DNA of 64,000 nucleotides from Octopus vulgaris (taxonomy: Eukaryota): positions 28,706,001 to 28,770,000 of the forward strand of contig OX597817.1 in assembly GCA_951406725.2 (NCBI GenBank), written 5' to 3'. The notes under the pieces are model-generated. The model was not told the DNA's origin. It did not search any database and saw nothing but the letters and a program-made list of their open reading frames with translations. Positions 12,732-26,188 of the stretch are shown one piece after another (within the stretch, counting starts at the first letter, position 1; each line of letters begins with the position of its first letter). The position numbers and the translations under genes were made by a program.

Positions 12732-14334
12732 ATATGTGTGTGTGTGTGTGTTTGCATATATATATTTAAACACAGGCACACACACACACATTAACGTATT
12801 TCAATAAATTAAACACCCATTGGCACTTGAATATACTACTTTGTACATGCATACAGGCTTTTTAAAGTATACAATGATGTGTACATACTTATGATCATAT
12901 GAACACTTTAACCTCTTATCCAAACAATTCATGCTCCTTTTTATTCCCATATTTCCATTTTAATTTCCATCTCAACTCCATAAGAGATCTGGTAAAATTC
13001 ATACAAAATAGAAAGTTAAAGTTAAGAAGACTACAGTAACATAATGGCCTGGTCACAAAATTTAAATAGCAAAATATTAAACTAGTGATTTGTGGCTTCG
13101 TGAGTTCAAACTTCATTAGATGCAATAAGTTTTTATTAGTCATGACAGAGTCTTCTTTTGTACTATAGGGTATTAACTATGGAAGTCATCTGCATGTTCC
13201 TAAACATTAAGTTTAATACAGATCAAAAAGTACGTTTAACTGGAATTGACAAAAAAAAAACACTACAATCTTTATCACCACCAGTAAATTTACATCCTTT
13301 TCTGATATTATCAAATTAAGAATTTTACATGTATCTATAATACAGAAGTTGCTAATCATTCTTTTCAAACAAATGAATTTCATAATATTTACATCCAGAT
13401 TTGAACCTGAAATTGATATTACTAAACATAAAATTCAAGAAAAAAACCTGTGTATAGGACCTTACTATAAAATAAAACATTGCACTTATCTGGTGAAAAA
13501 AAATTGTTTATATGATCAACCACAAAAGCAGAATCTAATTTTCTTGTCAAATTTGAAGATAAAAATTTATGTTCAATTGGAGGTTAATGATTTAAGAAAC
13601 AACTTATTGACAATGTTATCTTTCTGAGCAATTGATAAATGTGTCTGCAAATTCATGGCTGAAAAATCTTGAAACAGTTAATTTTTATACTATATCATTA
13701 AAGAATGTTCTTGTTACTGAGAATATTATGTTAACACTGAATAAAAAATTAATAAGTAGATAGATAAAATGTAAAAATGGAATGAAAAATGACCTTAAAA
13801 ATATATAAGTTATGATATTAACACCATCTCATGGTTATGTAGTTTTTTGGCTAAGTAGCACTGTTTCTTTTTAAAATAAAGTACTGCATAATATGTTTTA
13901 TTTATGCGATTTTTAGAAAATTGTAGGTCAAGTGTTTAAAAAATAAAGGCACCACTTAAACACGACTTATTTCTTTTATTTAACTCACCATGTAGGTTTT
14001 ATTTATATATATTATTTCTCTCCATTTTATGTTAACTTACATTTGAATGTGTTCTCATATTATACTTAATAAAAGTTTCTCTATCAAGAAGAGAACTTAC
14101 TTTACTGCCTTTTTGCTATATGTGTAATGTTCTTTGTGAATGTAAAGAAATACTAATAATGAGTTCTTTACCACATGAATATAATTTTACTTCTGTATAA
14201 AAATTAAAATCTATAATTTGTGTATGTCGTTCTGAATTACTGCTAATAACTATTCACACACACACATAGATGTGTAGATATTTTTATTTATATATGTGCA
14301 CATATATATGTAAAAATATATGTGCACATCTTTT

Positions 14335-14975
14335 ATTTTTTACGTGTTTCTGTCATTTGACTGTAGGCATACGGGGGCACAGCCTTGAAGGATTTAGTCA
14401 AGCAAATCAACCCCAGAACTTTTTTCTGTTTTTTTCTTTGTTTGTTTTGAAGTCTAGTACTTATTCTGTTGGTCTCTTTTGCTGAACTACTAAGTTAGAT
14501 GTAAACTCACCAACACCAGTTGACAAGCAGTAGTGGGAATAAAACAAGAACAGACAGACACAAATAAATAAATATACAATGGGCTTTGATGTGCCCAAGG
14601 CTATAGTAGAAGACACTAGCCCAAAGTGCCACTAAACCCAGAACAATATGGTTGAGAAACAAACTTCTTTATTTTTATTAAATTTGCCACAAGGGCAGCA
14701 AACAGAGAGAAGCTTGCGGGCTGGACACAGACATTAATGGGATGAATGATAATGATACAAGGATGATAAGGATGGGAGAAGACGAAAAGCGCCCGCCGAC
14801 TTTCGCTTCTCTAAAACATTGTTCTTTTTTTCTTTTTTAAACACAGTGAGGCAATAAACCTCTTACATAGTTCAGAATTTAAAAAAAACACACATGCGAG
14901 GCAATAATCCTCTAACTTTTTACATTTTGCAGACGCTTTTTGAGGTAATACACCTCTTACACAATACCACACAGC
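14335..14975 (-). mobile_element. Old family A SINE interrupted by an insertion at ~14671-14955
   Basis: Tail to head similarity over 14335-14670 (CCCAAGGCTATAGTAGAAGACAC); head appears to resume at CTTACACAATACCACACAGC ~14955. Confidence 0.7.
14671..14955 (-). mobile_element. 3' end of an unclassified (L1/Tx1-like?) retroelement nested in a SINE
   Basis: Minus strand ends in CCCTTGTGGCAAATTTAATAAAAAATAAA, like the family B tail; three internal repeats of GAGG(C/T)AATA..CCTCT.AC. Confidence 0.45.
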
Positions 14976-16329
14976 TTTCTTTGCTTGCATATATGTGTGA
15001 TTGTAGCAATATGTGTATTTGTATAAGTAATATAGAGCAACACTTGGTAAAATGTTGCATTATTGCATCCACCTAGGTCTCATACTTCATTTTTTTTAAT
15101 GTTTGTGTCCTTATATCAGTTTCCACTTCCCATGGAAAATATCTTTCAGAATGTCATAGCAGAAAGCTGACGAGTTAAAACTATCTATGCCTTATGATTC
15201 ACTTGCATTGTACATCAGGTGTCAAAAGAATTAGTGAACTATTAATGCAAACCTTTTAATTCAATATTCTTCAGTTGAATTTTGCTTAAAAGTCTAATAA
15301 GATGTTTTTTTGTAGGAGATCATTCTACTAAATCTTATTATTTTGTCATGACAAGCCATTTACTCAATTCTAATATTTGTGACTTGTTTTTAAGAGTAAA
15401 GGCATCATAGAAAGGCTTGAATTTTACTGCAGCACTGTTTTTATATTGCATTACGCTTTGCCTAGACAAGTTAAGTTTTCTTTTATATTTTTGAAAGGAA
15501 GTACTATAACTTTTGGGGCTATGAAGAAACACAGAGTATTTTACATTTGTTGATACTGAAAGATCTCCATAGATTTCCTTCTACAGTGGTCTTGTAGAAT
15601 CTAAACAAAATTGTTTGTGAGTGCTGTTCAGTCTACATAGGAGATTTAGAATCCTGAAGATTTTGTGAAAAAAGACATGTATTAAGGAATAGTCCACTTT
15701 TGGTTTAGATTCCCTTTTTAGACATATTAGTTCTTAAAATAATAACACGAAAGTTCCAAACTGGATGTCCCTGGGAATTTCATATACTGGTCTGAATTGC
15801 ATTTCCATTTCAAAGAAATGAAGAGAAAATTTCAAACCTTAAATGGTAATACAGGGTTTAAAGGGCAGTGTACCAGTTAGTATTATAAAACAAAGTCTTT
15901 ATGTAACTAGACTTTTATATATTCATAACTGTTGGTTATAATTTGGTCTTTATTCTTGCTGGATAGTTATTCTATTATTCCATCTTCATGAAATCTAAGA
16001 AAGCTTTTTTAAAAAACAAAAAAGTGATTAAATCGAATTATGTGGTAAACTTATGATAATCTTGTGACATTATTGGAATACTTCAGCTGCAAAATGCATG
16101 TTAATATCTAAATAAAAAAATTGAAATGCTGGATGAGATGTAAGTAAGCATTCCTCATAGAAGCAGTAAAAATGGTATTTTCTGATTCCTGTCACTTTGT
16201 ATTTAAGAATCTGTAAACTACATTATTTAGATTGGAAACTACTCAGAGAATTATTGTTATCTATGAACTACATGTCTTTTAAGATAAAACGTGAACTGCT
16301 GGACGAAAATATAAAAGCATTATTTCTTC

Positions 16330-16510
16330 AGTAAAATGTCCGCAATCAATTGGTATTGTTAAATTCCTTGTATTAGAGATTTTTGTTAAAAGCATTGAGC
16401 ATGCTTCCACTGAGATCAGAGCATGTCAGATATCAAAAGATTTACTTGATTTTCATGAAAGCTGGACGAATTTCTTCAAAAATTGCTGAATGCTGCAGCC
16501 ACCCATATTT
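16330..16510 (-). mobile_element. Possible relic of a Mutator-like transposase
   Basis: Minus frame AIFEEIRPAFMKIK*IF*YLTCSDLSGSMLNAFNKNL*YKEFNNTN*LR loosely resembles the IKPIF.DL..DLL.KCL.G.TQN.NESFN..IW motif; several stops. Confidence 0.25.
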
Positions 16511-17689
16511 TCACATTGAGGATTTTTAAAAACATGTATTAACTACAAATATAGAAGTGCAGTTGATTGATGTTGATGTCACAATGCACTACTGATGCTA
16601 TAAACATATAAATATAACATATTTAGTTGTTTTTGTTTTACATATATATATATATTGAACTGAAAAATGACATCAATAATGGCAAATTCTAAGATGTAGT
16701 TATTTTCTGCATATTCTTTACATGTAGTGAGGTTGTGAAGTAAATCAATATGTGCCATAGAAAATATAAAAGAACAGGTCATTTCTTTAGTACTACACAT
16801 ACACACATGGAATAACATTGTATAACACACTATACTATATTACACACTATACTACACCACACTACACATTATTTCAATTCAGTTTTACATTAAAAAAAAA
16901 TATTGGATTTCATCATTTCTTTTGTTCCTGTTTTTTTTTTTCATCGCATGAGATGTACACCGCCTTATTAGTAAATATCTGAGATTGTAGAGTTCTATTT
17001 CCAATTTTATGTTGGTAATTTTCTTCAAAGTAAGTTGTGGGATGTTTATCTGAGATGAGGCTGGTATATTTATAAGGTTGTTACAGTGATTAATTCATGT
17101 TAGAATGAAGTAATGATAACAAATATAATTGTGAATGAATTCAAATAGTTAACAACTGCTTGTTGAATGAAATGTAGTTGTGTCATTAATAGTTGTTACT
17201 CTAGTACAGTAAATAATCCATGAAGCGAAGAGTAAATCATCGCTAAAATGAAATGTTGGAAAACGAAAGGAGTAAATTTTTTACAGTTGTATTAACAAAG
17301 AGCAGTTTCAAGTTCCTGATTAAAACAAATTGAAAAACAAAATAGATATCAAGCAATATCATAGATTGTAAGAAATTTTATTATGAAAATTTGTACAGTT
17401 CTTGTTTGTTAATAAAAGCTATTTTGTTATTGGGTTGTTTAATTAGGTATTCCCTTTTGCATATCTGAATACTGCATTTCAAATATTTAAAAAAAATATT
17501 TAAGTAACTCTTCAATCATGTCTATGCTATTATATCTGGCAGCATATGTGCTACACACCTGATTTGTTAGAAACAGAAGTTGATGACAGAAATAAATCTT
17601 TTACATTGTGAACCAGCACCAGTTATCATTGGCCATGATGGTTATAACCATAGAGTTAGGCCTTACCTTTTCCAAACTTTTCAGTTTTT

Positions 17690-19020
17690 CTTTCTACAAA
17701 AATATATTCTGATCTTTAGAAATATGTTATAGTTTGGCCTATTCCCAAGAAGAGTAACAACTCATCTTTATCCTGTCAACTACCTTCCTATTACACTCAC
17801 TCTTAACATCTCAACCACTAACTATAATCTCCTCTAAAGAATTAAATATTTCATGCTTTTTAAGGATTACTTGCAAAGATTTCATAAAACCAAATCTACT
17901 GGAAACATTCTTTATTACATCATCCGTGAGCTATCATCCTCAAACATTTTGATGAAAACAACATCAGCAAAGCACTTGACTGTTTCTGGCTTATACAGCT
18001 CCGGGATAAATTTCCTGCCTATCTGCACTCTCTTCACTTGCATTTGTGACTTCCTGTCAGATCATACCATTACTGTATTCACTAATGATGGATCTCTTCT
18101 TCTGTCCCCCTCATTATAAACTCAGATGGAGTTTCATTCCCATACACTCCCTCATGTTCGTCATCTCCAATGATTTCCACTGCTACACAAATAATGTAAC
18201 TTATAATCCTCTTTAAACCACCATACCCAAACATTGTCCACATTCAACCTTGGCACCACGCATTAAATCTATGCTGATGTCATGTAGAGAAACCTTGAAT
18301 TCATCCTCCAAAAGAGTAATGACAATTTTGTCTCCTTAACAGTGCAATGACTCAATCAATAAAACTTTACCATCCACTCCTTAAAACACACAACAAGCAA
18401 TTTGAACCCCTCAAGTATTATACCACAAATGCTAGGACTTACTATTGTTGAGGTTCTTTGTTGGCAAGTGCACATCCTCATCATAGCAAAGACTGCTTCA
18501 TTAACATAGCCATAATTTTTAGAACTAGAAAACATTACTGTGCCTAACAGTTGTTAACTTTATATCTGAGAGAGTAATGTATATAATCACACTGTACCTT
18601 AGACCACATCTAAAAAAAAACCCACTTGACTGATTGGCATAAACTTGTTCACCAGTGTACTTTAATCTCTGACTCACAGACATGTGCTCTCTCTTTCTCT
18701 CTTTCTCTCTTCATTTTCTAACTTTTGTACGGCTACTACAATTGCATCTGCATTTTTCATGTCTGCTTACATGTCCCTTCCACTCGTACTCCTGTACTCA
18801 CTCATATTTCCTCCTTTTATTATGCAATGCCTCACACTAACCCCTACACTCAATCTTTCTCTCCAGAATGTTGTTCCTCTAGAATTCTCTCTTTACACAG
18901 TTTTTCCTGCTAGAACTAACTTTCAACTGTCCAAGAGGAATATAAACGAAGTGCATAGTGTCTGCCATGGACTTTCCAGGCCTTGGTACAGCCCCTTTCT
19001 TCATAACTAGAAAGAAAAAA
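17690..19020 (+). mobile_element. Decayed CR1/Jockey-group LINE, RT domain to 3' end
   Basis: Frameshifted motifs ISKALDCFW (DISKAFD.VW), ICDFLSDHTITV (WISSFLS.R) and PHTNPYTQSFSP near the 3' end. Confidence 0.7.
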
Positions 19021-20219
19021 TCTTGGCTATACAAGCAAGGATAGTAAGTCCACTGTGTGTATTTAATGATTTCATATATGCTGTATCTTCTACCATGTAA
19101 TAGTGGACTCCAATGTACTGCCATAATTTTATTTTGAGAGGTAATTATATTAAGTATAATTGGTTGTATCATGTTTATATTAACACTTGCAAAAGTTGTA
19201 ATGGTGTTTCTAATTACTGACAGCTAATGAAGTTTTCATTAATTTATTAAAAAATTACATACTCATGCATAATGCACAAATTAAAAAATATATGATGACA
19301 GTAAACTAAAAATTCTCCTTATTGCTTTAATTTACATAGGCAGTAATATCTGCATTGCTGTGTCTGACCCATTTTAAGTACTTAAATTATGTTCAGGAAC
19401 ATGTTTCATAAATCTTTGGAGACAAATTTACTAAATAATGACCCTGTAGAGTCCTATTATCTGAATCTTCTATTTATAAGCTCCTCAAAACGAGGTGATA
19501 TTTGTAAATTTTTTCTTTTGTAATGATAAGAATTTAATTGGCATCTAGATGTTTCCCCACTTTCAAAAATCTGCTATCACAGAAATGGGTGGTATTTTTT
19601 CAGAAAAAAGGTGATGTTTTATATATGTTGTATAGCTGTTAATTATATCTGCTATAAAGTAATTTTGATCATGAATATCTATTAGAAATATTGATTTCAG
19701 GATTAATTTAGAATATGTTTACTGCAATATACATTCCTTTACAAGGTATTTGCATGCTATATAAAGATATAAAATGAAAAATAAATTAAATCATTTTGTA
19801 ATATCATAAAGATATATTAAACTCTGTGTATTGTTAATTGTCTTCTTTTGTAATAATTACCATTATGCATTCTTTGGAGACATACAAATATTGATTTGAT
19901 ATCTCTAGAAAAGCACCTAATTGAATGCCTGAAAATACAATATAGATATTATTTGGTGACAATTGGGTTTACTTTCTCAGACAGTTAAGAAGCAAAGTTA
20001 CTTATAAAAAATTGACAATAAAAATTCTATTAATTATTATTTCATTTCATCTGGAGTATTCTTAATATATTTAGATATTTTCTATGAATATCTAGTGTCA
20101 TTTGTTATAATTACACCTATAATTTGATATTTAGTAGAGTGTCAGAATTGAAAATAAAAGTAGTAGTAGTAGTAGTAGTAGTAGTACCACTACTACTACT
20201 AGTACTACTACAGCAGCAA

Positions 20220-20505
20220 GGATGCATGGCCTTGTGGTTAAGGTGTTGCACTTACAATCATGAGATTGTGCTTTCAAATCCTAGGCCAGGTGATGCATTG
20301 TATCCTTGAGCAAAGCACTTCATTTTGCATTGTGCTGTGATCACTTCGACACATGATGTGTGGTACATCTTGTCCCTGTTCAGGCAACATTGATTTGATG
20401 GAGGGAGTACAGCCCATGTATTTGATTATTATAAACAAATCATTTGTGCAGGTCGTTTGGCAAAAGCTGAACACTTATGTGTCATCTTTAATGAGCGAGT
20501 CCATC
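20220..20505 (+). mobile_element. tRNA-derived SINE (family D) inserted in an (AGT)n tract
   Basis: TGGCCTTGTGGTTAAGG A-box, TTTCAAATCC B-box-like, TCCTTGAGCAAAGCACTT core. Confidence 0.75.
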
Positions 20506-20519
20506 AGTAGTAGTAGTTG

Positions 20520-21350
20520 TAATTTTTATTATAGGTACAAAGCCTAAAATTTTATGAGGAGGGGGCTATTGATTACATTAACCCTAGTATTCAACTGGTA
20601 CTTTTCTCATTTACCCCAAACCGATGAAAAGCAGAAGCAGTCTCAGCAACATCTGAACTCAGAATGTGAAGCTGGACAAAATGTCAGGTGTGTTGACAAT
20701 TGTACCTGTTGACTTCCTTTAGTAGTAGTAGCAGCAGTAGTTGTAGTGGTGGTGGTGGAGGTGGTGATAGTAGCAGCAGCTGCAGCAATCCTTTCTACTA
20801 TAGAAACAAGGCCTGAAATTTTGGGGAAAGAGACAAGTCAATTACATTGACTCCAGTGCTTGACTAATAGTTATTTTATCAACCTTGAAAAGATGAAAGA
20901 CAAAGTTGACCCTGGTGGAATTTGAACTGAGATTGTAAGAAGTTGGAAGAAATGTCGCTAATCATTTTGTCTGATGTGATAATGATTCTGCCAGCTTGCC
21001 ACCTTAATAATAATAAACAATAACAACAATAATGACTTCAAGTTTGAGCACAAGGCCAAGGGGTCAGTCAATTACATCATTCCCAGAGCTCTGCCTGGAA
21101 CATTTTTTCATCAGCCTCGAAAGTCTACCTTGGTGGGATTTAAACTTAGAAGGTAAGGAGTTGAAAGAAACGCCACTAAGTATTTTGTGCAACATGATAA
21201 TTATTCTACCTGCTTGCTGGCTGTATAATTGTTTCAGATTTTGGCACAAAGCCAGAGATTTTAGGAGGTATGGGTAGTTGATTACATTGGCCCTATATAT
21301 TATTTTAACAACCCCAAAAAATGAATCGTGAGGTCAACCTTGGCAAAAGT
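20520..21350 (-). mobile_element. Head-to-tail cluster of four old family B SINEs
   Basis: GATTACATT / GATGAAA / GAATTTGAACT type motifs recur in units at ~20520-20720, 20790-21005, 21035-21220 and 21228-21350, separated by (AGT)n/(AAT)n. Confidence 0.75.
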
Positions 21351-21959
21351 AATCATGAATAACACTTGTTTTGATTCAGCTCACTTTATGGCTCTCCTAT
21401 AAATTTTTGGTCTTAACTGCATATGATGCAAGACCACAGATTTACAGGTGAAGAGATGAGTAGATAGCTAAATCAGCACTAGTAGATATCATTTAAAGAG
21501 GAATCCTTAGAGTTGTCATCGCTTGAGGAGAAATACATAACACACCATAAAACAGGCACATCAAACTGCAGAGTTTCTATAGGTTGCATTGCTCATATAC
21601 ATGTTGTGTGGGCCCACATATTTTTAAACATACATTTACAACAAAGGTTTCCATCATATCCTTTATTATTAAGTAAAAATCATTTAAAATATTTTCCAAT
21701 ACATGTATGATGAAACATGCTACATTTGTTTTCTTTTCTACAAAATTACTGGAAAAAGAAGGGTGAGATGTGTGTGCGTGTATATGTATATGCGTGTGTG
21801 TGTGTGTATGTGTATGTGTGTGAAGCAGAAACTATGGCTGTAAGCACATGGGTGTGCTACCACACCCACTGATATCCTCACGCACTTAACTTTATCACAG
21901 TAATTCAGCTTTTTACATGTTTTTTTTTTTAATATTTTCTTCAGTTTATATTTATTTTT

Positions 21960-22700
21960 TTCTCTCTCATCTGTTTTACTTTGATCCTCTCCTACCATTA
22001 ACTGAGAGTTATCATAAATTGCTGTAGAGATTCGTATGGATGATTGAAGCACAAATCTCTCAGTGCAATGCTCAAATACATAATACAATTGAGTAAATTC
22101 CAAAATCTGAGGAATCTGATGAGATCTGTATCAACAACAATACATCAAAGGGAAAGTTCAATGAATGCCAAATGAGTATGATTGCAGTGAGGTGTAGAAA
22201 GTCCAATGTTTTAGGATCTTGCTCTTCTGCATAGCGTAGAGAAATACAAAAGATTTATTTGCTTAGCTGGTGGTACAGGAAGTGACAAGAGTGCTCTAAC
22301 ATTGGAATCAGTGATGTATTGTAGAATTCAATCCTAAAGAAACTAACAGTAAATGCGTATGTATAACTACAATGACATATGTAAGAGTGTGAAGAAATAT
22401 ATGCAACAACAATTATATACACACCACTGTACATGCATATATAACTCCACAAGTGAAGCCACATAAAGTACAAAAAGAATGGTAAGAATAATGGTGGTAA
22501 ACTATAGGCAGGATCAAAGAAAGTTCAGGTAAATATTCATATAAAAAGAGAGATGTGAGTGTAACTGTGATTGGAAATGTGTTGTTGAACTTCCCTACCC
22601 AAATAGTGTTCAAAAGATGGTTGGGCATGGCATGCCCTGGTGAATTTAAGTTGCTGGCAATAGGTTTGAGGACACCCAAGACATTGCTTTGGATATTATA
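21960..22700 (-). mobile_element. Highly decayed CR1-like RT fragment
   Basis: YEYLPELSLILPIVY (cf. C.PELSPIL..LF) in the 22413-22679 ORF and GLSTPHCN...CIVVD further along. Confidence 0.35.
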
Positions 22701-22984
22701 GTAATCACCTAAACAGTGGCTACCTATTAAAAATTACAGAATTGGCATCCTATAGATGTATAATATATGTAGCAAAAATTGTTATTCTTTAAATACTGTA
22801 GATATTATCATGCATGCTACCAACTTATATGAGCAGGGTGCACAGACATATGTGGTGTAGGAGATAAAGGAGCATCAGGTATGAAAGCAAGCAGAGGTTC
22901 CATGTTAGGTGTGACATTATGCAATGTTTGCTTACTGTCTTATCAGTACTGAGCATGGATGCATAGTTGTGGCATAGGTACATC

Positions 22985-23400
22985 ATGGCTGTATGGTTAA
23001 GAAGTTTGCTTCTCAAACCACATGGTTTCAGGGTCAATATGATTGTGTGGAACTTTGAACAAGTTTCTTCTACTATAAGTCCTCTGTAACAACCCTGATC
23101 TGACTAAAAGTTTTTACATGAATTTGATAGATGGAAACTAAAAGAAGCCCATTTTATAAGTATGTGTGTGTGTGTGTGTATGCACATATGTGTATTACTG
23201 TCTCTTTGTTGTAAACTATCGCCACCATCATACTTCATCCTTTATTCCCAATCTTCTGTTCCTGGCCATGGAAAAACATTATCTTATTTGGAAATGGATG
23301 AGGGCTGGCAACAGGAAGTTGATAGAAAATCTGCTTCAACAAATTCTGTCTGATCCATACTGGCATAGAAAAGTGGATGTTAAAACGAAGATGTTGATGT
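22985..23400 (+). mobile_element. Chimeric SINE: family A head + (TG)n + RTE-like tail
   Basis: ATGGCTGTATGGTTAAGAAGTTTGC...GATGGAAACTAAAAGAAGCCC head; 3' part ends GGCATAGAAAAGTGGATGTTAAAACGAAGATG, also seen at ~35930-36160. Confidence 0.7.
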
Positions 23401-24011
23401 TCCATGTCTTTGAAATATTGAATTTTACTTTAGTATAAATGTACTCTCCATGACTCCACTCCTACTTTTATATTCACTCAAACTAAAATGCATGCATTTT
23501 AACACAAATTTTTGTAAGTCTATTTTGATTTTGTTTTCAGGGGAACATGATTTCCGATTCAGATGTTAACAATTATAGAGCATTTTTTATGATTGAATAT
23601 CACTCTTAACACTCGAAACCAAACAGTTTATTATACTGCACATATATATATTCAGTAAAGCAGAAAGCAGAGTATGTATAATAAAGCCAATAATGATAGT
23701 CAAGGAAACAAAAATAGAATTAAATTAAAACATGACAGCATATGACCTCCATCATCACCTTCACCACCATACAACCACATAAATTTACACCAACCCACAC
23801 ATCTCGCCACTTCCACTACCAAAAGACTTCTATTACTGATTAGATTTTAGCTATTGCACTGGTGTGTTAGCAACTTTTTTAATTATATTCTATTAATTAC
23901 TATTTTAACACAAGAAAATAAAATAAAATTGCGTACTTAGGTCTATAAAATATGTTTATCGGTTGATGCTTAGAGGATATCAAAGTGTCAGAGTTTACTA
24001 GATCAGTGTGT

Positions 24012-24042
<31 letters not shown>

Positions 24043-24329
24043 TATATTAGGACCAAACACATAATTACATTCACACAGGACAATCAATATGATATACTTG
24101 CTTCAGTCACCAATATCTGTGGTAACGATTTTTAATTTCTTTACAAATTCAGTGTTTTAGTTCACCATCAAATCATTGTTATATAGATTTTCTTATATGT
24201 ACACATTTTTATAAATATTGTATGTACACACACACACACTACACCATATGGTGTTGGTTTATTTATGTACTTGTGTGTGTTCATATACATATATATATAG
24301 ATTATATATATATGTATGTATGTATATGT

Positions 24330-24832
24330 AATTATTAATATTAGGGAATTTATTTCCGAGTCCACAGGGGAGAGAAATTCAATATAGTGGTACTAAAACG
24401 AATTTGCCACTGTATTTTAAATATATATATAGATAGGTTTAATAGACAGAACCAGCTTCAAGCAACTCAATCAACATTGAACGACATTATCTATGATACA
24501 GATATATAAGATTAAATATTATCAACATAATACCTGCAATTACTAATCTGATTCATATACATTATATAGACTACGCGCATTTCATGACAATAAATCTATC
24601 AATATTGCTAAAGTTGAAAGTCTCGAAATTCAATACTATATCGATATGACTATACTGCCAATCATCAGGTCTGGATTATATAAAACTAGTCTATATAATG
24701 TATATGAATCAGATTAGTAATTGCAGGTATTATGTTGATAATATTTAATCTTATATATCTCTATCATAGATAATGTCGTTCAATGTTGATTGAGTTGCTT
24801 GAAGGTGGTTCTGTCTCTTAAACTTATCTATC
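24330..24832 (-). mobile_element. Penelope-like element relic with inverted partial repeat
   Basis: Arms 24429-24573 and 24687-24831 are reverse complements (about 4 mismatches by eye); hammerhead motif in the spacer; flanked by TA-rich microsatellites. Confidence 0.75.
24562..24681 (-). ncRNA. Type I hammerhead ribozyme-like motif with long stem II
   Basis: Minus strand AGAC-CTGATGA-(T TGGCAGTA...TATTGTCA T)-GAAA-TGCGCG-TA|GTCT: stem I AGAC/GTCT, core boxes at 24662-24668 and 24580-24583, near-palindromic minimal stem III. Confidence 0.7.
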
Positions 24833-24846
24833 TATCTATCTATCTA

Positions 24847-24879
<33 letters not shown>

Positions 24880-25960
24880 TTGTGCATATATTTATGTCCA
24901 TATATATATGTATTTGTGTATGTATACAAAATATTTCCAAGTAATTACTCAAAGATTTCACATAGCTCACCTTGTACTGCTCTTGTACTGACCATTTTGA
25001 TGGCAGAAGTAACAAATAGTTGATGATGTTCTGATATTCTAAATAAAATCTTGAATACATTTTAACCTGCTATCACAGATCCAAATTTTTTCTCAGGAAC
25101 AGTCAAGAAGGCTCTTTTCATCCATGAAATATAATGAATATTACTTGACATGTCATCAAAAAATGATGGCTAATTATTGTATTTTATATATATATATAAA
25201 TAAGGTACAAAATAATCACACATACAAACACTCACATTCTTCTCTTGCACACATATACTTATACGAAGTTGAAACACTATTTGATTTTCTTCTTTTCAGC
25301 ATTGTATGTTCACCATCTATTGCACACATACAAACACACACACCCATTCCCCCCTTCTACATATACACATATATACTCAGAGTTGAAATGCTGTTTGATT
25401 TTTGTTTTTTCACCGTAGTATTTCCATCATCCCACAACCACTTTGCCATCACCTCCTCCTTCTTTATTCATTTATCACTCTTTTCTTTCTCATTCATATG
25501 TTATGATGGAGAAAAACACAGGAGTATTATTATAGTAGATATTAAGAGCAATTCTACCCAGTTTATTATGTCAAGTGCTATTCAGTACTTCCAACCACTG
25601 TTTTACCTTTCAACTCAACAATGAGTAAAACTACAGCTAGGTTATCGTGCATGCATACATACATTGATTCTATGTAAGCACATGAAGCACTTTTATAGAT
25701 TGTTTACAATAAAGAATAAACATATACTTTGAGTTATATATTCAGTAACACATGTATGCTTGCATCAATAAATGTATTAAGTTCAAGTAGATAAGGCATT
25801 TTATTATAAGTTTTTTTTTTGTATCCATATTGTATATACAAAAAAAAATAAATAAACAGAGTCTCATGTGAGCGAGGGAGCTTCCACTGTCTTTTGGCAC
25901 ATGAGGAAAAGCAACGAAGCTTCTTTTGGATTACTCCCTGCACTGGACATTGTAGTTACT

Positions 25961-26188
25961 GGTGAGCTGGCAGAAACGTTAGCGCGCTGGGCGAAATGCT
26001 TAGCGATATTTCATCTGTCGTTACGTTCTGAGTTCAAATTCCACCGAGGTCGACTTTGCCTTTCATCTTTTCGGGGTCCGTTAATAAAGTACCAGTTTCG
26101 CACTGGGGTCGATGTAATTGACTTAATACCTTTGTCTGTCCTTGTTTGTCCCCTCTATGTTTAGCCCCTTGTGGGCAATAAAGAAATA
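25961..26188 (+). mobile_element. tRNA-derived SINE, family B, young copy
   Basis: GAGCTGGCAGAAACGTTAGC head, GAGTTCAAATTCC B-box, tail CCCCTTGTGGGCAATAAAGAAA; TSD ATTGTAG(T/C)TACT at 25949 and 26192. Confidence 0.9.

Noticed and set aside
16411-16432. TGAGATCA, identical to the start of the bantam miRNA
   Set aside because: The rest does not match and no precursor hairpin is evident.
23541-23671. Strong + acceptor (ttttgttttcag) with a downstream GTATGT donor
   Set aside because: Stops in all three frames; nothing else supports an exon.
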